Below are positions 11,801 through 22,300 of a DNA stretch of 64,000 nucleotides, piece by piece. This DNA comes from Amoebophrya sp. A120 (Eukaryota; Protista; Dinoflagellata). Position numbers and translations under genes: made by a program. Under the pieces are notes generated by a model. That model was not told the origin of the DNA and ran no database searches. It saw only the letters and a program-made list of their open reading frames with translations. Numbering within the stretch: position 1 is the first letter of the stretch; the number at the start of each line of letters is the position of its first letter. The stretch is taken from contig CAJINV010000031.1 in assembly GCA_905178155.1 (NCBI GenBank), positions 68,265 to 132,264 on the forward strand, given 5' to 3'.

Positions 11801-13842
11801 TGACCTAATCGAGAGGCAGTTTGTAATGCAGGATAGGCATGATAGAACTCTCACAGAATCTGCCATGCTATGTCCTCCATATCAGATCCCATGGGTCATG
11901 GAAAACCTGCATGACAAGTCTAGCATTCTTCCAGACCCAGACATTTTTACAATCCGTATCATGATCGAGGAAGCCATTTTCCCCAAGGACACACAGTCCG
12001 TGTACAGCTTCTTGAAGACCGGCGGCAAGCTGAAGGTCGGGGGGGACGTCCTTGTGGGGCTGCACAAGTGGGAAACGCTGGTGGACAAGCCGCCGGCGGT
12101 GGATTTGCTGCTGCACAACATGCGGTCGGAGCTCGACACCGCGCTCAATCCGGGGAGCAATGCCGGGTTTCGCCCGCATTTTGATGCATTCGGCGCCGAG
12201 CAGTACTACACCGAGCTTGGGTACGGCAAGAAAGGGAAGGATCTGTACGCGGGAAAGGTCAAGGACCTGTCCTGCATGCTGCTGTGTCCCTGGGTGCTGC
12301 AGTCCACGCCCCGGGCCCTGCCGTCCATGACAAAAATTGACCTATTACTGGACCACGGCCGCGTGGCGCAGGTACTTAGAAGGATTTGATGTTCTTTTCG
12401 GGTCTACTTACTTATCAGTTACGCGGGATATGCATTTGCGGGGTTCTTCTTGAAGAAGTAGATTCGCTGCACTATGGTCTTTTACCAGGAGATACTAGAT
12501 CGATGGTGCACAACGAACGCGGTCTGGTACTGGAGCCTCTTGTTTTCTTCATCACACATAACAATTCAGTAAATCATTCTAATTTTTTCATATATGTTTT
12601 TACCGCGATATACTTCATCTTTACAGGCTCTCTTCCGCGGATTCGGGCGGCGGCAGAATCACGGCGAGATTCTGTTGGTGTTCAGTGCGAACGGGGAGCG
12701 TATGAACTGCAGAAGTGTCCGGGTCTGGAAGAATGCTAGACTTGCCATGCAGGTTTTCCATGACCCATGAGGTCTGGTATGTAGGACATAGCATGACAGA
12801 TGCTGTGAGAGTTCTATCATGCCTATTCTGCATGAGAAACTGCCTCTCGATTAGGTCAAAAGTGGACCGCTTTTGGTAATGATGCAGCACAGATTTTTAC
12901 ATGATTCAGATTTAGCATGACAAGTTGCTTTGTTCCAGACCCAGACATTTTTGCATTTGATAGAGCGCGTTGTGGTGTCCAAGCCGGACCCGGATGCTGT
13001 CAAGTTCCTAGTATCAAATGTAAAAATGTCTGGGTCTGGAAGAATCCAACTTGTGATGCTGCATTTGGATTCCAAAAAAATCTGTATTGCATGAGTACCA
13101 AAGGGAATGCAATTTTTGCTACGCTGAGAAGGCATTTGTCATGCGCAATAGGCATCAAGCAGCCTTCAAAAAATCTGTATTGCTAGAGTATGTATCACAG
13201 ACATCATGGCTCATGCAAAACGTGCATGACAAATCTCGCATTCTTCCAGACCCAGACATTTTTACATTTGATACCTAGGCGGTGCGGACGATGCAAACCG
13301 CATGGCCGGGGACAACGAGTTCGGCATTCCGGTGCCCGGCGAGATCCTGAGCATCGATGTCGCGGTCGGGCAGAAACTGGAGCAGGAACAGCCCTTCTTC
13401 ACCGTCGAGAGCATGAAGATGGAGACGCGCATATGCTGACCAAAAACGGGGCCCATACCCCAGAATTGTCATGCAGTTTTGCATTTACATACGGGAAGAT
13501 TTGTAATGCGTATCTCTATAATGTTGAGAGCGGCATTTGTAATGCTGTATTAGCAGGGCAAGCATGTGTTTTATTTTCCTGATGCGGCTGTCCTTGATGA
13601 AGATGAACTGCACTGCAGCAGGGGCGAGAGGGACTTGTCATGCGTGTTGACAACTCTGAAAGCTTCTGGCTTTTTTGTGTTGCGAAATCCCCATCTTGAC
13701 CATAGGGTCGTGTGGCGTCCGTTTTTACTCAGGATCGCGCATCAGCGTACCTGCCGAATTGCACGGGAAGGTGGTTGACACGGTCATCGCAAAGCCAAAA
13801 ACGGTGCTGAAGCGCGGTCAGCCGGTTATCAGCTACAAGTAG
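4459..13842 (+). CDS. PYC: Pyruvate carboxylase (biotin carboxylase + carboxyltransferase + biotinyl domain), ~1430 aa; 15 introner elements and ~6 GT-AG introns
   Basis: Reconstructed motifs: AGWSALAE, KSIHGGGGKG, FEEKV, RLQKVVE, FIECNRRPQVE (BC domain); PRDTCQ, EIGGAQF, LQRSQYVNG, HNHDFNG, VTPFS (CT domain); VPGEI...ESMKMET (biotin-Lys motif). Canonical introns ~5686-5996, 7056-7291, 7964-8290, 8368-~8541, 9972-10135, 12372-12626. Stop TAG 13840-13842. Start codon uncertain. Confidence 0.88.
4622..4883. mobile_element. Introner element family A
   Basis: TIR TATCAAATGTAAAA.TGTCTGGGTCT; TSD cgcca; join GLSA|KLQSD. Confidence 0.95.
4952..5062. mobile_element. Introner element family C (short)
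   Basis: TIR TG[CT]AAAAGTATCG[TC]ACTCGTA; diverged TSD ggcga/agcaa; join LLA|TQPNN. Confidence 0.8.
5263..5552. mobile_element. Introner element family A (diverged)
   Basis: TATCAA...TTGATA; TSD agaca; join VED|NAVSE. Confidence 0.9.
5797..5830. repeat. (ATG)n microsatellite inside a canonical intron
   Basis: About 11 ATG/TGA units. Confidence 0.9.
6130..6380. mobile_element. Introner element family A
   Basis: TIR present; TSD cgatc; join PGTD|PDVSD. Confidence 0.95.
6431..6692. mobile_element. Introner element family A
   Basis: TIR present; TSD gatct; join KQI|CKKVG. Confidence 0.95.
6745..6948. mobile_element. Introner element family B
   Basis: TIR related to TATCCTGAGTAA..ACGTCCCCACC; TSD ccggc; join ILSG|QDFV. 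Confidence 0.9.
7522..7679. mobile_element. Introner element family C
   Basis: TATGCAT..GCAAAAG...CTTTTGCAATGCATA; TSD tttaa/ttcaa; join VWFN|KRLQKVVE. Confidence 0.9.
8804..9081. mobile_element. Introner element family A
   Basis: TIR present; TSD ttcca; join YFQ|LR. Confidence 0.9.
9094..9302. mobile_element. Introner element family D
   Basis: TIR TATC.CA.GAAAAAACTGTTTCACTGTGA; TSD tgcgc; join LR|RPLV. Confidence 0.95.
9357..9621. mobile_element. Introner element family A
   Basis: TIR present; TSD gcgaa; join CMR|RLFAN. Confidence 0.95.
11478..11654. mobile_element. Introner element family E
   Basis: TIR TA.C.CACAGAAAAAA.CAGGC; TSD ccgtt; join VTPF|SEYK. Confidence 0.9.
11697..11958. mobile_element. 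Introner element family A
   Basis: TIR present; TSD tcatg; join IAIM|IEEA. Confidence 0.95.
12701..12962. mobile_element. Introner element family A (inverted relative to 11697-11958)
   Basis: TIR present; TSD gagcg; join NGER|VVVS. Confidence 0.95.
13012..13273. mobile_element. Introner element family A
   Basis: Near-perfect TIR; TSD cctag; join KFL|GGAD. Confidence 0.95.
13432..13736. mobile_element. Introner element family B
   Basis: TATGCTGACCAAAAACGG...CCGTTTTTACTCAGGATC; TSD gcgca; join MKMETR|ISVP. Confidence 0.9.
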
Positions 13843-15898
13843 TGGTAGAGACTGTAACGAATTTTAATTTCGTTCGTGCGGGTGGTCGAGGATTTATTTC
13901 TACTCCGCCGCGCATGTACTACCGCCGGGGCTGCACTTGAGCTGCGATTATGTCGTCGGCAGAATGATCTTCTAGAAGGGTAAGTAGATCTTCAACTGCA
14001 ACAGGTGTGTTGCAATGAGGTTGTTTCAAACGGGCACCTTACTGTGCTAGATCAACTCCTAGTGCTATTCTGAAGCTGTAAGAAGAAGAACAGCGCCGGA
14101 TGAACAAAGGGACATGAGCACCATTCTTTCCGCACTCATTTTTTGCATGAGTGTGTCTCATGTCGACGCGCGAAGGGTGAAAAGGGACAACGCGAGTAGC
14201 AAGTCACAAGATTGGTTGCCTCTGATCTACCTGGTGCAAAACCAGCGGGGTAGGTTTACTCAACTACGGAGTTAGCATGCGAAGCAGCATGCGAGGCTGC
14301 GCGCTTTGTTTTGCGCACTATATTCTAACTCTTCTTCCTTTCCATGATACTTAAAGTTTTCAGGTGCCCGATGGGCCTCTCGAACTGGTCTTTATGCTTA
14401 TTACTTTGATTTTTTTGAAAATGATGAAATAGTGCGCTCAAGGAAGTAGAGCGTAGCGCGGCCGTTTCATCAAGGAACCTCACTAGACGTAGAAATAAAC
14501 TATCAGACTTTCTTGAACAGCCCGGCAGCTTCGCTTGACGCGCCTTGCTGGCAGTTTTTGTATGATGAACTGACTCTCAAGAAGCACGCCAATCTATCGA
14601 AGAAGCGAAAGCAGAACGCGGCTCTTCTGTGTCGAGGACTGGTTCTTGTGCACCACGTTGTGCGTTGTTCTACCTCCGAGACAGATCGAATTATTGAGAA
14701 AAAGGATAGAAGGTGAAGGTCCATGGCGATGGTTCTCTTAGTCCGCAGCTGGTGAACCGGCGCGTTCACCAGTATGCTGGGTCCTACTCCCACATAGTAC
14801 TCCTGATCATGCCTCTGGTTGGTTTGAAAGGAACAAGCCTCCCTTCCGGCGCTGTTCTTGATGCTATTCTTTTACTTTTGGTTTTCTCATCATTGTCGGC
14901 TATGGTAAGTTATGACAGCATTCTTGGTATGACAACCATGGCACATCATCAGCACCCATGATGGATCTTGTTCACCGGATACGGTGCTGGTGCAACAGGC
15001 TTCGCCAACCTGTTTTGGTCCTAGGAAGTAGACCTTGGCGTGAAAACCTAATAGGATTGGCCTATGGTTTTAGGACGAAGCATTTGTCATGCAGTTGCTT
15101 AGCCGAATGAAAATTTTTGGCACTTTTTTTTTCCCCACAAAAAAAAACACAGGAATCCTTGAGTCAAGTTGTGATGTCTACGGAAAGAAAAGTTTTACGC
15201 TATTGATTCGAAATAAGAGTTATTCATTGGAAATCCCACCACTCTGGAAAACCAAAATAAGTACTGACTCCTTTTACAACAACCCAAAGAATTATCTTCC
15301 TGATGTTGACCTCCTCCGTTCGCAATACCCTAAAAAATAAAAAAATTGAAAGCGACACCAGCACGAAACGTTTATACAAAACATTTTCGTAGCAGCATAA
15401 CATAAACATACACATACTAACATACATACTAAAATCCAAGCGACACAACTTTTTACCCCCGTCGGACACGTACAACCGCGATTGGCCACCACCACCTGTG
15501 TGCGGAGATCGCGAGGAGGCAAGAAGCACGGCTGTTTTTTGGTTGTTTTTGTTACCTCCTTGTCAGCACGGCGGTCGTTACGTTATGGAAGAGACACGAC
15601 GCTCCAGTGTCATGGACGTTGATCCCGCTAGCCAAAGCGAGCCAGTCGTGGGAGGACCACAGGTGAGATGAAGTTGTACTGGCAGAGAGTAGCCCGTGCT
15701 CCGGCTACTTTCAGGACGATGATAGATAAAGGTGCTCGCTCATGATCGTCTTCAACACGTATGAATCTTTGTACTGCAGTTGCATTTTTGAAGATGACGA
15801 CCAGCATAAATCGCTTATTCAATGTGAAAATTAATATTCGACGAGATGAACTTCTTTAGTTGTGCCCTTCATCCCGCAATCTGAAACTACTACATCAG

Positions 15899-18800
15899 AT
15901 GAATCCGTCGACTCCAATCTCAACCTCCCGGGAGGTGGACCACGAAAGTTTACTACTTCCGTCCGTGAGCGATTTAGAAACAAGCGCGGACATGATCAAT
16001 ACGTGTACTACTAGTTCCCCATCGGATCGTTTTTCCGCTGGGGATCTTGCTGACGCCAGTTGTGTACTTCAGGAGGAGATGACAACTACATCTTCGCAAT
16101 CTGCTTCTCATACTTCTCCGGCAACGTCAAACCCTTTGGTACGCCGCGCAGGGAGTGAAGACAGGAACGAGCCGCGGGAGATGAACCTTGAAAAAGAAGC
16201 CGATGCCCAACTTCCGCACACGAGCACCTCGTCCCGAACGAACCACGTAGAAGTTCTACCAGAACACTTGAACGAGTGCTTCTACAACGATTTTCTTGCT
16301 GTAGTTGCACGACCAGTGGCACGACGATCCTCGACCACGTTTTCGCTGACCGTTAAGGAAAAACGAAATCCGAGTTCTTCTTGTGCACAAGGGAGTTGTA
16401 CCAATGCTCTGCAGACCGTGTCCTGGGACGTGACCGTCCGATCGGAGCCGTACGAGGAGTTTTTTGGCGCGGAAAATAGAGACCGGAACGTGGTATAAAG
16501 ATGATTCATTGATTCTTACTGTATCTGATGCAAGATTAAATGGGCGGTGTGGTCGTGCTTCTTGATGTTATGTTTCAACGGAGACGAATAACATTCAATT
16601 TGAGCAGTGTCTATAATGGTTGGATTTGTACTAGAGTTCTCACGAAAAAATATTAAGATCTTGCGTCTTTGCATTTGGTGATCTGGCAACATGTGAAACT
16701 CAGAGATGTCCGTAAAAATTCAGGTTCCCGTAAACAAGCAGCTTTACGCGGACCGCATAGCGACGGACGGCAGCGTATCCCGTGTAAAAACATCCCCACA
16801 CCAGAGTTGTCATGCAATTCTGCATGCCAAAAAAGTTTCTCATGCGGAGCCCTATGAGAAGCATTTTGATTTTCTCTTCGTGTTTTGGAATTTGTGATGC
16901 TAGAATCAGTATGCTATGCTAGATCTGTGATGCTTCTGAACTAGCTAAACAGGATTACACTACGAGGACAAGAAAATTGTCATGCCAAACAACCAAGGCT
17001 GGTTGATTTGTCTAGCAGATTTCCCATGTTGACTCTGGTGTGGGGACGTTTTTAATCAGGATACAGTGAGGCCTTCCGCGCGTGGGACCAGATCTCTGTC
17101 CCCGATCACGACAGATGCATTAAATGGAGGCTCCTGCAGTCCGAGGCAGTACATTATTTTCCCTTGTGTTTTAGTTTTCCTTTTGGTTTTGTTCCCATTT
17201 GTGAGAAAGTCATCAAAGCGTTTGATTTATACTTATTGTTGTGAGCAAGGGTCGTATCTGTCGTAGATAAAGTGCATCTTATCATCATCACATTTTTTTT
17301 TGTTTTGTCATTCGCACTGCGTCAAGTATTGCACCCAATTTATTCTGTTTTACAGAATGTGGTCGAAATTACGGTCAAGCCCGCAGATCCAGGCCGACCG
17401 GTAATGGGAAACGTACTGGTCGTCGAGAATGCAGTATGAGAGTGCACAAATTCCCCTGGTGGTCCCCCTAATTTGTAGAAACATGAACAGCAATACGAAC
17501 TCCAATACCGGTTGTAAATCATCATGTGGATGCTGTGCATGACAAGTTCCGGCGCTGAGTGTAGTGCTGTTCAAGCTTGCAGACTTTACGGGAGTAGTTG
17601 TTCAGCACTCTCATAAGCAGCAGAGGAAGCAGACCTGAATCGACATCCGCTGCAGTGTGCGGAGCTACGGCCCTTCGTTTTATGGCAGGGGTTGGAGCGG
17701 TTGCTTGAAGTACGATCAGAACGTGGTCGGGGAGAACTACTACGCCAAAATGTCGCTACTTCTCCTAGAACAACGCTGCTAGCAGAACGCAATTCAACAT
17801 CTTTGGCATCCTCGTCGTCGTCGTCATCGTCATCGGCGCATCATCATGGACGTACTATTATTCTCGGGGAGCAGCCCTCCGAAGACGTCGAGGGTGTCGC
17901 GGCCTCCAGACTGGAAGTTTCGAGGGCGGAAGAAGCGCAAGAATTTAAGGAGCGCTGTGGGAAACTCTCGGTTATGTGCTGGAAATTGCACAATTCGAAC
18001 ATTCAGTTGGAGGGAGAAAAAATTGAGGTATACCACGTATTTTTCGGGGTTGGAGACTTATTACTTAAGTATAAAAAATGCAGCTGTAAGACAAATATTT
18101 CGATGATAATTATGTTAATGTTAGGACATCTTCATGTTTGTTAATTTTTGGGCCCTCTTTGTATGTAGTCGTGGGGATGATTGAAGAAAACAGACCAATT
18201 TTCCGATGAAGCTTTTTCCTGCTTTGGACTGACCAGGCTACCGAGGCAGCGGAGTCAGCGAACACGGAGCGCGACCGACTAGTCAAGATGGTTCTGGAAA
18301 TGGATTCTGCGCACAAATCGGAACAAGAAAGGTTGGCGTCTCACGCCGACGACTTGGCCGCACAACTGAAGGACGCCAACGAGAGTAGGGAGGCGTTGCA
18401 GAAAACGTGTTTGGAGCAACTTCGGGAGGTGGTGCAACTGCAAAGTGTGAGTGCGGCAACTGCGTCGCGTGAGGAAGCTGCGCTGGCACGGGAAGCAATT
18501 GCGAAGCAGGCCTTGTCTACCGCTTTAGCGCGAGTGGCAGTGCTTGAAGACGATGAGCGAATGCGGCAGGGTTCGCAGGAGCAGGAAGAACCATTGTTGC
18601 CCCCGGCCGAAAGCGAGTCGTGTATTCGGGCACGGATAGCCGAGGAGAGGTGTCGCCAACTGGAAGCCAGAGAGATGACGCACCTGAATACCATATCCTG
18701 AGTAAAAACGGGGGGCCAATAACCGATAGTCAATATGGCGAATGTGATAGTCAATATGGCAAATTTTCGGCACGACAAATCAACAACTTTTGGCCGTTGC

Positions 18801-19288
18801 GCATGACAAGTTAGAGATCGTAGCATAATCGTCTTTAGTTAAGTAGTACTAGGCAGTGCAGCAGATGCACCATCACACAGCGTTTTCGGCATGGTGCAGC
18901 AGATTCGTATGCGAACTCTGGGTATCGTGGGGCCGACGTTTTTATTCCTCTCGATATACCATCAGCGAACTCCGAGACCAGGTCCGGTCCCGCGAGACGC
19001 AGCTGGAGCTGTGCGAAGTCGCGTTCAAAGAATGTGCGGGGGTTGTCAAGGAATTGCAAGCGGAAAAGATGATGCTGAAAGCAGGTATTTGCTTAATACT
19101 TGAAGAAGCTTTAAGTCCGACGTGAAAAGCTATTTTGATCATGTCGAGATTCTGTTCAGCAAAATTTTTATACGATGTTCATTTTTCAAATTCAATCATC
19201 CTGAAAACGCGTTTGAGCGTAGCATCCTTGTATGGAATTTGAATTCATCGGCCACGAAGTGGTGCAAATGATGCAGCAGGAGAACTAA
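15899..19288 (+). CDS. Hypothetical multi-exon protein with a coiled-coil C-terminal half
   Basis: ORF segments 15899-16490, ~16706-17157, ~17356-18029 and ~18230-19084, joined across 3 introners and GT-AG introns; E/Q/A/L-rich heptad-like sequence; ends uncertain. Confidence 0.55.
16776..17063. mobile_element. Introner element family B
   Basis: TIR TATCC.G..TAAAAAC.TCCCCACACCAGAGT; TSD cagcg/cagtg; join TDGS|EAFR. Confidence 0.92.
17435..17615. mobile_element. Introner element family G
   Basis: TIR TATGAGAGTGC; TSD tgcag/agcag; join ENA|AEEAD, in frame with ORF 17692. Confidence 0.8.
18694..18956. mobile_element. Introner element family B
   Basis: TATCCTGAGTAAAAACG...CGTTTTTATT..CGATA; TSD tacca; join LNT|ISELRD. 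Confidence 0.88.
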
Positions 19289-19312
19289 CGCAGCAGGTCG
19301 TGGACCACAAGG

Positions 19313-22300
19313 ATGATTTATTCCTTGATCATGCATGTAAACACATCATTTACAACAGCGAACAAGAGACCGTCGACGGTCGAGCCTGCAAGCGAAGAGT
19401 CGGCAACGAGTACAACGAACGTCGGCACTGTTCTGGGCGGCGCTGAGGCAGAGCAAGTCGCATCGTCTTTGCGGCAGATCGGGGAAGTAGATGTAGATGA
19501 ACGCGATCAAGGGACCGAAATAAGTCATCTGGACCAGGAACACGATCAAGGGACCACGCCACAATTAGGACAACAGAAACGAAGAAGGACGGAAGCTCAA
19601 CTGGTTTGGGATACCTCAACCTCCGCTTCTTCTCGCCCGGACCAGTTAGGGCAGATCGGGTCGTCTTCTGCCGCACCTACTCCCTACCTCTCGGTCGGCG
19701 AACGCGCTATGAAGGTCCTGCAGGAGCACGGCAGGTTGCGTGGCAACCGCGTTCATCTGGATGTCACCAGGACCAAGGTGGAAAAGGCGAAGACTGCTCC
19801 ACCCCGATTGCAGAAGCGACTTGGAGGAGGTGGTGGACTTCGGAAAAAGGAAAACAAAGACAAAACTTGTCGAAAGCCAAAGCAATGTAAAAAGAAAACC
19901 GTGAGGCTTAAGGAATCTTTCGAAAAGAGGCAGGCGAAGCTGTGGGCAAAAATTCTGAGGGCCGCGAAATGCGCTGCAAAAGCGGAGAAATTCGTGAAGC
20001 GGCCGGAGTACAACAACGCGGGCCAGCAGAGAGATGGAAATGTTTCCGCAGAGGAACAAGTTCCGAAAGAAGTAGAAGAGGTCAATGCAAGTCCAAGTGC
20101 CGAACAAGAAGAGGAAATAATGCAAGAGCGCGGCAGAAGCAAAGCGCGCCGCCGAAAGAAAAGGAGGAAGCGAAACGCGAGAGCTGCGACATCAAGCCAG
20201 GAGATGAACCAGGAGAATAACGAAGACAGTGAACAAAGCAATGGCAGGACTTCGACCCCGAGGGACGACGACGAGGCGGCACAAAATCCACCAGTTGCAG
20301 GAGCTCAAGACGGCACTGCCAGTGAAGCGGTCGAGCAGCCTGTTTCTTCCGAAGCCGTCACCATGGTCGTCGTGCCCGACATGAATACAAGTTCCGCTTC
20401 TTCCTCTTCCAGCAGCAGCTCTTCGTCCTCTTCTATTGCGCTGAACTACCCGGCAGCTGCACCAGCAGCCTCAGAAGTGGAACTGCTGCGAAGATCGCAT
20501 CCCAAACTGTTTATTGAGACCACTCTACCGCCCTCGATTACGCGACGCATGGGAAAAGGAAATGAGCAGGAGGCCGAAGTAGAAGACACTCAACTTGGTC
20601 CTGGAGCAGGGGAACTACATCAAACGAGAGCAAGAACTACCCCGACGCAGCAGCCCGTGTACTACCGAATGCCGCCGCGGGATCCGTCCTTGCCCCCGCC
20701 CAGCGAGGAGGAGCTTCTGCGCCAGATGACCACGGGCTTGTGCCCAAAGTCGGGTGTGCGGGTAATTGCTCCTGGAACTAGTACAACGACAAGAACAACT
20801 GCTCCGGTAGTTGGATCTTCTCCTTCGGAAACGCTTGAAGATGTTCCGGCAAGACCAACATCTCAGGAACAAGTTGGAACTGGCAGTTCCTCGTCATCAT
20901 CATCTTCTTCTTCTCTTTCAGCTGCACCACGGGGGCCTTTATTTCCTTCGGAGGAGGTTCTTGAAGAACCAATAGAACTGCCGGTCCAAAGCTCTCTCGG
21001 AAGATCGGAGGCACCAGCTACGCAGATGGAATTATCGGAGGTTCTCGCAGCGGGGGTCGCTGCAGCCGAGGTGGAGGACAATTCGAAGGGGGAGCAGGAG
21101 GTAGTAAGCTGCGGTGAACATCAAACGCCACCGAACTACACGAGTGATGTCGTAGATGGTGTAGAAGGTCTTGACACGAGTGCTGGTCCAGCAGCTTCTG
21201 CTGCAATTTCAAATACCACGATGACCGATGTCAGTGTTCATCCCGGAGTCGAGGATGGCATGGTGCTGGCCGATGAAATAATGGGTCCTCGTGAGGCAAC
21301 GACTGCTCATGCAGCTACTCCCGAAACTGACGACACGATGGATCGTTATTTGGAAGGAGATGTTCTTGGAGACGTCGCCGAACAGGGGGATTCTAGTACG
21401 ACGACCCTGTCGAGGAGCAGAAATGTGGAACGCACGGAACTGCATCAGGGGGACGAAGGTGTTTTTTTTTGTCTCTGCGATCTTTCTCTTCTGAAAGCAC
21501 CACTCTTCGTCGGTCCAACAACACAAGTTGAAGTCAAATTGGGTTTATGTAATTGCATCACAGCATAGGTCGCTGCATTTTTACATCAGACTCTTTAGAA
21601 GTAGAAGTGACACGACCAATGGGCCAAACAAGTGATAGATAACACGTCGGCAAAAAAATCATTTTCACTCCACTGTACTACAAAAGGTTCTCCTCGTTGC
21701 GAAGAACGTCAGGTGGACAACGACGACGAGACGACTGCTAGTCGACAACCACCTTCGACGGAGCCGGTGGAACGACAGAGCAGCCCTGTTGATGTGGCAC
21801 CAGAACATCAAGAACCGAGATCTACTACTACTTCTTTGGGCCGCATCCCAACGAAAGCACCACCCCTACATCCAGGAACAACAGCAGTAGCCCTGGCGCG
21901 CACGGCGGCGGAGTTCTTGCACGCGCGTGGTGTGACCGTTAGCGCGAATGGGACGTTCCGGGCAGGAGTTCTTGCAGCCACACAAAGTGCTCCTGGAGGT
22001 GGTGGTCCTCGGGGCCTCGTGCTTCTTCCCGGGAGAACCGCCAGTCCAGTAGTTGCGTCCTCGGCATCAATGTCGAGGGGAGAAGCAGCAGCAGCTGCTC
22101 TCGTTGATGATGAACAAGAACAGGACTACAACAGCGACACGCCAGGAGCGACGGCCACGACCGAAAGTAGATACAGTGGCACCTTGTGTGCGGACGACGC
22201 GAACCGGAGCGCGAGCGTTCCACCCGCTCGGGACGGCGGTGGTCATGTTGAAGACTACTACGTGGTATCAAATGCAAAAATGTCTGGGTCTGGAAGAGTG

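Noticed and set aside
4622-13273. CRISPR-like array of ~30-bp repeats
   Set aside because: The repeats alternate in orientation as TIR pairs ~260 bp apart with irregular exons between them; no cas genes; eukaryotic context.
4459-13842. PYC as a transposon-disrupted pseudogene
   Set aside because: No stray stops or frameshifts remain after precise removal of the inserts, which is unlikely for a dead gene with elements of varied ages. Transcript evidence is still needed.
14503-14961. Short ORFs, one hydrophobic
   Set aside because: Possibly exons of a small gene, but no motif or consistent splice model was found.
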